This document shows positions 57,865-64,000 of a DNA stretch of 64,000 nucleotides, in pieces (positions within the stretch are counted from its first letter, which is position 1; every line of letters starts with the position of its first letter). Below the pieces are notes generated by a model that ran no database searches, had not been told where the DNA came from, and saw nothing but the letters and a program-made list of their open reading frames with translations. The DNA lies in contig CAYJOL010000002.1 in assembly GCA_964371785.1 (NCBI GenBank), positions 149,229 through 213,228 of the forward strand, written 5' to 3'. Both the position numbers and the translations under genes were made by a program. The stretch comes from an uncultured Ignavibacteriales bacterium. Lineage in GTDB: Bacteria > Zixibacteria > MSB-5A5 > GN15 > FEB-12.

Positions 57865-58935
57865 TCAGGATGACACCCCCACCGCCGTATCCGGCATCTT
57901 AAAATACCTCCGCTGAAAATACAGGGCGACGTTTACGAGCGATATCAATACCGGAACTTCGACAAGCGGTCCGATAACGGCGGCAAAAGCCACCCCCGAG
58001 TTGATGCCGAACACCGCCACCGCAACAGCGATGGCCAGTTCGAAATTGTTGCTCGCGGCGGTAAACGAGAGTGTCGCCGTCTTCGAATAATCCGCGCCGA
58101 TCTTGCGGCCCATCCAGAAACTCACCAGAAACATCACTACGAAGTAGATCAGAAGTGGAATTGCTATGCGAAGCACATCCATGGGGATTTGTACAATCAG
58201 ATTCCCTTTCAGGCTGAACATGACAATTATCGTGAACAAGAGCGCCACCAGAGTTATCGGGCTGATTCGAGGGATGAACTTCTGCTCGTACCAGATCTTG
58301 CCTTTGGTCTTCAAGGCAATCAGACGGGTCAGCATGCCGGCAAGAAACGGAATTCCCAGATAGATGAAAACCGATTGAGCGATCTGCTTCATGCTGACGT
58401 CGACGACTGAACCGCTCAAACCGAAGAGCGGCGGAAGCACGGTTATGAAGACCCAGGCATAGAGCGAATAAAATAACACCTGAAAAATCGAATTGAATGC
58501 CACGAGACCGGCGGCATACTCGGTGTCTCCTTTGGCCAGCTCATTCCAAACGATCACCATGGCAATGCACCGCGCCAGCCCGATCATGATCAGACCGACC
58601 ATATACTCCGGGTACCCCCGCAGAAAAATAATCGCCAATGCAAACATGAGGATTGGCCCGATCACCCAGTTCTGTACGAGCGAGAGACCGAGAACCTTGG
58701 TGTTGCGAAATACATCGCTGAGTTCCTCGTACTTTACCTTGGCCAACGGCGGGTACATCATCAGGATGAGGCCGATCGCGATCGGGATATTAGTGGTGCC
58801 AACCTGGAAGTGGTTGATGAATCCTTCGACCGATGGCGCCAGGTACCCTAGGGCGACACCTGCCACCATGCCGAGAAATATCCAGAGAGTAAGGTAACGG
58901 TCGAGAAACGCAAGTCTTCGTATCACCGGCTGCAT
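57865..58935 (-). CDS. acr3: arsenite efflux permease ACR3 family
   Basis: Ten TM helices. ACR3-type sequence ([13 protein letters not shown] ... [14 protein letters not shown]). Confidence 0.85.
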   Translation of the reverse strand: MQPVIRRLAFLDRYLTLWIFLGMVAGVALGYLAPSVEGFINHFQVGTTNIPIAIGLILMMYPPLAKVKYEELSDVFRNTKVLGLSLVQNWVIGPILMFALAIIFLRGYPEYMVGLIMIGLARCIAMVIVWNELAKGDTEYAAGLVAFNSIFQVLFYSLYAWVFITVLPPLFGLSGSVVDVSMKQIAQSVFIYLGIPFLAGMLTRLIALKTKGKIWYEQKFIPRISPITLVALLFTIIVMFSLKGNLIVQIPMDVLRIAIPLLIYFVVMFLVSFWMGRKIGADYSKTATLSFTAASNNFELAIAVAVAVFGINSGVAFAAVIGPLVEVPVLISLVNVALYFQRRYFKMPDTAVGVSS

Positions 58936-59045
58936 AGCTTATCCGTTTGGCAGAGAATTATCATATCCGTTTATGTGAATATAATAATGCGAGCGCTGGC
59001 TGTCAAGAACTTCTTTGCGGGGGACAGCTTGACCGGTGCCTGAGA

Positions 59046-59804
59046 TTACATTCGGGATAATAAGTGAAGCAGTCCGTCGAGGATTGTAATAGGATGAGGC
59101 GGGCAGCCCGGTATATAGAGGTCAACCTTTAGTTTGCTGTCAGCGCCATTATGTACCTGGCGGTGATTGATGTAAGGTCCCCCTGATATCGCACAGGCAC
59201 CGACAGCGATCACGATTTTCGGGTCAGGAACCGCTTCGTACGTTTTTTCCAGCGCGAGTCTCATGTTCTCCGTAACCGGGCCGGTAATAAGCAAGCCGTC
59301 GGCGTGTCTCGGCGAAGCCACGAACTGGATACCGAACCTGCCCAGATCGAAAACGATCGTTCCCAGAACATTGATCTCGACTTCGCATCCGTTGCACCCC
59401 CCCGCGCTTACCTGCCGCAGGCGAAGTGATCGCTTGAACAAACGCATAGATTCATCGTTCAATTTCCGGACGAGCGCTTTTTCTGTATCATGTCGCACCA
59501 ACAGGTCTTCGCGTGTGCTGCCTGCGAGGCTGAAATCCCTGGTATACTGAATCAGATCATCGGGGCAGGCGCGTTCGCATTCGCCGCAGAACAGACACCG
59601 CCCCAGGTCAATTTCCGGATGACTGTTAATGACCTTTATGGCGGATGTCGGGCAGATATCGAGACAGGTCGCGCATCCATCCGGGCACGGCAGAGCGCTT
59701 ATGAGCGGGTATCCCCGAAAACGGTCCGGCAGAACAGGTGGTTCGTCGGGAAATCCTACGGTCCGGTTCCCGAAGTTCAAACGTGCAAGCAACGCCTTCA
59801 GCAT
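59046..59804 (-). CDS. fused 2x[4Fe-4S] ferredoxin (NuoI/HycF-like) plus small subunit (NuoB/HycG-like) of a group-4-hydrogenase-like complex
   Basis: CPDGCATCLDICP and CLFCGECERACP ferredoxin motifs, then CNGCE ... GACAISGG ... PGCPP (the four Cys of the proximal cluster). Confidence 0.7.
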   Translation of the reverse strand: MLKALLARLNFGNRTVGFPDEPPVLPDRFRGYPLISALPCPDGCATCLDICPTSAIKVINSHPEIDLGRCLFCGECERACPDDLIQYTRDFSLAGSTREDLLVRHDTEKALVRKLNDESMRLFKRSLRLRQVSAGGCNGCEVEINVLGTIVFDLGRFGIQFVASPRHADGLLITGPVTENMRLALEKTYEAVPDPKIVIAVGACAISGGPYINHRQVHNGADSKLKVDLYIPGCPPHPITILDGLLHLLSRM

Positions 59805-59813
59805 AATTTACTT

Positions 59814-61289
59814 CTAAAGATCATGTCCACAGTATGACAGGTTAAAACTCTTGTTGCATAAGGGGAAATCGGAAATCTGTTGATTGCGCATGGCCATAGC
59901 CAAACCCGCCCAGTTATGAAACGATGGATCTATCACCTTGTACCACTTGAATCGGCCGGCCTTATCGGTGCACGCGATATGGCAGATCTCTCCACGCCAA
60001 CCTTCCGTAAGCGCAATCGCTACGGAGTCCGGCTGCAGGGAACCGATAGACTGATGAGACGGCCCGTCGCGCAAGGCGGCAAGTTGCGCCCGGATGAATT
60101 CCACTGAACGTACTATTTCCAGCCAGCGTACGTAGGCGCGGCCAAAAACATCTCCGGTATTCCAGAGGGAGACCGGGATCTGGGCAAAACTGAAAACATC
60201 GGAGGGGTAATCCAGGCGGGCGTCCTGTTCGATACCTGCGGCGCGCGCTGGTACTCCCACCAGTCCCAATTCTTTGCATCGCGCGGCGGTCAACATCCCC
60301 GTACCTTCGAATCGATTAATTACAGACGGCGTCTCCCATAGCAGTTGAGATGTCTTACTGACGTCGCTGTACGCCTGATCCAGCTTTTGCCGGAACAATT
60401 TTAACTGATCGGACGTCAAGTCAAATTCTACTCCGCCAGGACGTGCGATACCCCGGCCCAGACGGCTGCCGCAGATGTATGCTGTCAAATTCAAGAAGTC
60501 TCCGCGTATGCGGCCGCAGTGTGCCGCGACAGGCAGATAACCAACATCGCCGGCCAACGCCCCCAGATCACCGGTGTGGTTAGCCAGACGCTCAAGCTCC
60601 AGCGCTATGCTCCGTATAATCATCCCCCGCAAGGGGACACGAGTGTGGGACAGCGACTCAATGTTCTGGCTATACGCAGTGACGTGACCGATAGTGGTGT
60701 CTCCGGCAAGTGTTTCCATGTAGGGGATCGTTCGAACCGAGGGTCCGCCGATCAGCGCTTCTTCGATTCCCCGGTGCTGGTAGCCGAGCGATATTTCCAG
60801 ATGGAGGACCTGCTCGCCGGCGCAGGAAAATCTGAAGTGACCGGGTTCGATAACGCCGGCGTGTACCGGTCCTACCGCCACCTCGTGAACATCGGAGCCG
60901 GCAACAGCGTAGAAGTTCGTGACGCCGATTGGCGTTTTCGTGAACCGAATCGGTTTGAGCCAGGGATGACCATGCGGAGTTATATTCCAGGTCTCAGCGA
61001 TCTCTCGTTCAAACCAGTGCGCCTGCGCACATCGCGCGGAAAGCGATGGATACTCACGGGCCACCAACGTCGAAACGAATTCTATACCTCCGCGATCCCG
61101 GGCTGTGGTAAGCGAAAAGAGTTGAAATTCTCTGGACTCTACCGGTTGAGCAAACAGCGCCACGAGGCGATCGTTGCGGCAAACGGCCGTCGTGATCACA
61201 TCGGCAAACTCATCATACGGCATGACCGGGATGCTCCCGAATGGTACAATCTCGCAATTGTGACACAAATGAGGGCGAGGGGCAGACAT
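59814..61289 (-). CDS. NuoC-NuoD-like large subunit of an energy-converting-hydrogenase-related complex; NiFe-ligating cysteines apparently absent
   Basis: NuoC-like N-domain; NuoD/HycE-like core (GPVHAGVIEPGHFRF ... LGYQHRG). At the position of the L1 motif RxCGxC the sequence reads ETLAGDTT. There is no C-terminal DPCxxC. Confidence 0.65.
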   Translation of the reverse strand: MSAPRPHLCHNCEIVPFGSIPVMPYDEFADVITTAVCRNDRLVALFAQPVESREFQLFSLTTARDRGGIEFVSTLVAREYPSLSARCAQAHWFEREIAETWNITPHGHPWLKPIRFTKTPIGVTNFYAVAGSDVHEVAVGPVHAGVIEPGHFRFSCAGEQVLHLEISLGYQHRGIEEALIGGPSVRTIPYMETLAGDTTIGHVTAYSQNIESLSHTRVPLRGMIIRSIALELERLANHTGDLGALAGDVGYLPVAAHCGRIRGDFLNLTAYICGSRLGRGIARPGGVEFDLTSDQLKLFRQKLDQAYSDVSKTSQLLWETPSVINRFEGTGMLTAARCKELGLVGVPARAAGIEQDARLDYPSDVFSFAQIPVSLWNTGDVFGRAYVRWLEIVRSVEFIRAQLAALRDGPSHQSIGSLQPDSVAIALTEGWRGEICHIACTDKAGRFKWYKVIDPSFHNWAGLAMAMRNQQISDFPLCNKSFNLSYCGHDL

Positions 61290-62767
61290 CAGTGACCTCC
61301 CAGTAAGCGAGCCGCCTCGGCCAGCAGTTCATTCAGGGCGGGCGGAATATATATGCCCAAGATCAGTACCATTACACAAAGCAACGCCGGCGACACAAGT
61401 GACAGACGTGGTTCTTCGCTGACGGTGGGCGGAGTCGTTGCCTGACTTGTCCCATAAGCCATGCCTATCACGATGCTGATCATGGCAATGAATATGATCC
61501 CGAGCGCAAGCAGCAGAAGCACGGCGATAAGTTCATGTCCTGAATCAAATGCCGCGCGCAGAATAGTCAATTCGCTCTGGAACAAGCCGAACGGAGGCGT
61601 CCCGGTTATGGCCAGCAGGCCGGCCATCCAGAGTACGCCCGAGCGAGGAAGCGTGCCGACCAGACCTTTGACGGCCGCGATTGACTTGGTCTTGTATCGC
61701 GCCAGGATATTTCCGGCCACCAGGAACAACATCCCCTTTGTCAGTGAATGATTGACCGCGTGCAGCATGGCGCCGAAAGCGCCGAGCCCGCCGAGCCCAA
61801 CACCCACCGCGAGGAGTCCCATATGCTCGATACTTGAGTACGCCAGCATGCGCTTGTAATCAAGCTGCGCGACGATGAAAACGGTGGCGAAAACAACCGA
61901 CAGCAGGCCGAAGATTAGCAGCAACTCTCGCGCAAACGCACCCGACCCTGCGGCATCTATTACCTGAGTGATTCGCAGGATACTCAGAAAGGCGCAATTT
62001 AACAGGGCGCCGGAAAGGAGCGCCGAGACAACCGACGGCGCTTCACTATGAGCATCGGGCAACCAGCTGTGCAAGGGCGCCAGGCCCATTTTCGTCCCAT
62101 AACCGACGAGCAAGAAGATAAATGACATCTTGAGCCAGGGAACTTGAAGCACATGGGCGTGCGCAATAAGGTCCTCGACCACCAATGGCAGGGCGGCGGC
62201 TTCGTTCCCGGAAGCTGCCAGGGCCAGAAAGAACGTACCGAGCAGAGCCAGAGCTATGCCGACGGAACAAATCAGTAAGTACTTCCAGGTAGCTTCCAGC
62301 GAGCGATGGTGCCGATGAAAATAAATGAGCGGAGCGCTGGTAAGTGTTGTTGCCTCCACCGCCACCCAGAGTAGGCCGAAGTTATGACTGACCGTGACGA
62401 GTGTCATCATCGATAAGAACAACAGAAGACAACCGACAAATACTGCCTCCGGTTCATTCACGAATAAGGCCGTCTCCTGGAAGTCAGGCCTGAATCCCGG
62501 CTGTTCATTCGCCAGATAGGATACTGCATATAGCGCGGCGGCCAGGAAGAGACCGCTGACTACAGAGAGAAAAAGTAAGCCAAGCGCGTCAACTTGAAGC
62601 CATCCATCCATAATCGGGTCAGGACGGGTAAACCACATCAGTCCCGTCAGCGTCGCGTGTACCACCGCGGTCACAACCAGGAGCAACCTACGCACATCGT
62701 TTCTTCTCGTGACAAACGAAGTGAGTCCGGCAAGTGCAGGAAGCATGACGAGCAGGAGAATTACCAT
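61289..62767 (-). CDS. antiporter-like membrane subunit (NuoL/M/N-MrpD-HyfB family)
   Basis: About 14 TM helices and a proton-conducting-transporter pattern (WLPDAHSEAPSVVSALLSG). Confidence 0.75.
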   Translation of the reverse strand: MVILLLVMLPALAGLTSFVTRRNDVRRLLLVVTAVVHATLTGLMWFTRPDPIMDGWLQVDALGLLFLSVVSGLFLAAALYAVSYLANEQPGFRPDFQETALFVNEPEAVFVGCLLLFLSMMTLVTVSHNFGLLWVAVEATTLTSAPLIYFHRHHRSLEATWKYLLICSVGIALALLGTFFLALAASGNEAAALPLVVEDLIAHAHVLQVPWLKMSFIFLLVGYGTKMGLAPLHSWLPDAHSEAPSVVSALLSGALLNCAFLSILRITQVIDAAGSGAFARELLLIFGLLSVVFATVFIVAQLDYKRMLAYSSIEHMGLLAVGVGLGGLGAFGAMLHAVNHSLTKGMLFLVAGNILARYKTKSIAAVKGLVGTLPRSGVLWMAGLLAITGTPPFGLFQSELTILRAAFDSGHELIAVLLLLALGIIFIAMISIVIGMAYGTSQATTPPTVSEEPRLSLVSPALLCVMVLILGIYIPPALNELLAEAARLLGGH

Positions 62768-63453
62768 GTGTCCGGCTCCTTGTCGAAGCCAGCCCTGCGG
62801 CTTTTGAACCAGTCTCTGAGCGTGCTCAACTGCCCCGATTCTATGTTATCGAACGTTCGATTAATCTGGAACACCATAATTCCCATGATGAATACGCCCA
62901 CGAATACATCGAGCAGTATGCCAATTTCAATCAGCATCGACTCGGACTGGGCAAAAAAGACACCGAAGGCATAGATCCCGTTCTCCAAGACGAGGTACCC
63001 CATTATTTGCATGAGAGCCTGCCTTCGACTCACGAGTAAAAACAATCCGGTAACGATAGTAAAGAAGACCATCGGGATAGCGAGACGGTACCCGGCATGA
63101 TCAGGCAATGGCAGTACATACCCCCACCACAACGAACTCCCCATCACGAGTATGCCGATCAACAGCGACGGCATCGGACCGACATAGTACGTAATATGCC
63201 GGACCGAGCTAAGCTCACGGAGACTTCGCATCAGCAGGCGGGGGAAAACAATACCCTTGAGAAGGATTACGAGAATAGCGATCACAGCAAGTCGAACGGT
63301 CAGTCCCCCCTGATGCACACACAGCGGCAGTACTCCGAGGGCGAATCCCTGAAGGGTGACCAGGCGGACGGAAGCCTTGAGCCACTCGGCGCCGAGGAGC
63401 AGGAAGTTCACGATTATAATCAGGACAATGACTGCATTTACCAGATCATACAT
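62761..63453 (-). CDS. HyfE-like small membrane subunit of hydrogenase-4-type complexes
   Basis: Six TM helices. The C-terminal region (RRQALMQIMGYLVLENG ... EIGILLDVFVGVFIMG) resembles HyfE. Confidence 0.5.
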   Translation of the reverse strand: MYDLVNAVIVLIIIVNFLLLGAEWLKASVRLVTLQGFALGVLPLCVHQGGLTVRLAVIAILVILLKGIVFPRLLMRSLRELSSVRHITYYVGPMPSLLIGILVMGSSLWWGYVLPLPDHAGYRLAIPMVFFTIVTGLFLLVSRRQALMQIMGYLVLENGIYAFGVFFAQSESMLIEIGILLDVFVGVFIMGIMVFQINRTFDNIESGQLSTLRDWFKSRRAGFDKEPDTW

Positions 63454-63456
63454 ATA

Positions 63457-64000
63457 TCACCCGAGAACCAGAATAGCTGCCAGCATTGAGATCGCCCCTG
63501 CTCCGACCAGAAGCTGGGGGACCTTGAGCAATCGCAAACGGGCCATCGACGACTCCACCACTCCAACGGTTATCGCAAGCAATACCATTCCACCAAGCGC
63601 GAATCCCTCACGCATCCAGATGCTGGAATCAACCAGATTGGGCGATGCAACTCCGACAAACAGCGACCCAAGCAGCCAGAGTTTCAGCGCGCTTCCGTAC
63701 GAGACGATTCCGAAATCCGGGCCGCCGTGATCCAGAACCATCACTTCATGGATCATGGTCAATTCAAGATGGGTCGCGGGATCATCGACCGGAATCCGAG
63801 AGTTTTCGGCGAGCAGTAGAATGAACAGTGATGTCGCCACAAGCGCCGGCGCCCCGATACTCCACCCGGTCACTCCGGAAGTATACAGGATCGTGCTTAA
63901 AGACAGGCTGTGACTCAGACGGGATAGCGAGAGCAAGCCGACCAGCAGGGCCGGCTCAATCAGCATGGCATACGTGATTTCTCGACTGGCTCCCATTCCC
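63457..64000 (-). CDS. NuoH/HycD-like membrane subunit, 5'-truncated by the window edge (C-terminal 180 aa present)
   Basis: LLAENSRIPVDDPATHLELTMIHEV matches the NuoH/HycD quinone-loop region (E-x-N-R-x-PFD). The frame is open to the window edge. Confidence 0.65.
   Translation of the reverse strand, partial: GMGASREITYAMLIEPALLVGLLSLSRLSHSLSLSTILYTSGVTGWSIGAPALVATSLFILLLAENSRIPVDDPATHLELTMIHEVMVLDHGGPDFGIVSYGSALKLWLLGSLFVGVASPNLVDSSIWMREGFALGGMVLLAITVGVVESSMARLRLLKVPQLLVGAGAISMLAAILVLG

Noticed and set aside
59814-61289. Calling the large subunit a bona fide [NiFe]-hydrogenase (HycE/EchE)
   Set aside because: Positions of the L1 CxxC pair read A and T, and no C-terminal CxxC is present. 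An Ehr-type non-hydrogenase is more likely.
1-64000. CRISPR arrays, IS elements, integrases, tRNA/rRNA genes
   Set aside because: No spaced direct repeats, transposase/integrase-like ORFs or tRNA-like structures were found in any intergenic region of this window.

Overview
This 64-kb window of a moderately GC-rich bacterial chromosome is densely coded and almost entirely housekeeping or accessory, with no mobile elements or CRISPR arrays. A C-terminal Por/T9SS sorting domain on one secreted protein suggests an FCB-group or otherwise T9SS-bearing lineage.

Gene content, 5' to 3':
- a 3'-terminal fragment of a glycerophosphodiester phosphodiesterase;
- a TetR-controlled seven-gene efflux operon: outer-membrane factor, HlyD-type fusion protein, two half-size ABC ATPases and two ABC-2 permeases (YbhGFSR-like);
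- a surface-polysaccharide cluster: Wzx flippase, four GT4 glycosyltransferases, a Wzy/O-antigen-ligase-like membrane protein and a Wzz chain-length determinant;
- HtrA/DegP protease, two S41 peptidases, and a MarR regulator divergent from a TonB-dependent receptor;
- a PPi-type phosphofructokinase;
- a small Cys-rich two-CW-like protein and a T9SS cargo protein;
- a DUF2089 and SHOCT-like overlapping gene pair on an AT-rich islet;
- a BlaI repressor with paired palindromic operators, plus a BlaR1(M56)::TonB_C sensor;
- an NfeD, flotillin and beta-carbonic-anhydrase-like operon;
- a dihaem cytochrome c peroxidase translationally coupled to a CXXCH-bearing beta-barrel protein;
- Ada, an FkbM methyltransferase, a PD-(D/E)xK-like hypothetical, a beta-lactamase-fold hydrolase, ArsR-family and DinB proteins, and a frameshifted gene;
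- a 1055-aa hybrid sensor kinase with a periplasmic CXXCH (haem-c) sensor domain, and a CapK/PaaK-like ligase;
- an aroH-tyrA-aminotransferase tyrosine operon;
- a DUF1573 protein interrupted by an in-frame TGA exactly at a conserved Cys codon;
- a LolD/FtsX-like ABC pair and an acr3-arsR-arsC operon;
- on the window edge, a group-4-hydrogenase-like (Ehr/Hyf-like) membrane complex whose large subunit appears to lack the NiFe-ligating cysteines.

The most novel-looking signal is an unannotated 41-codon leader ORF with six Tyr in nine codons, sitting between a canonical sigma-70 promoter and an intrinsic terminator directly upstream of the tyrosine operon. This looks like a tyrosine-specific transcription attenuator.
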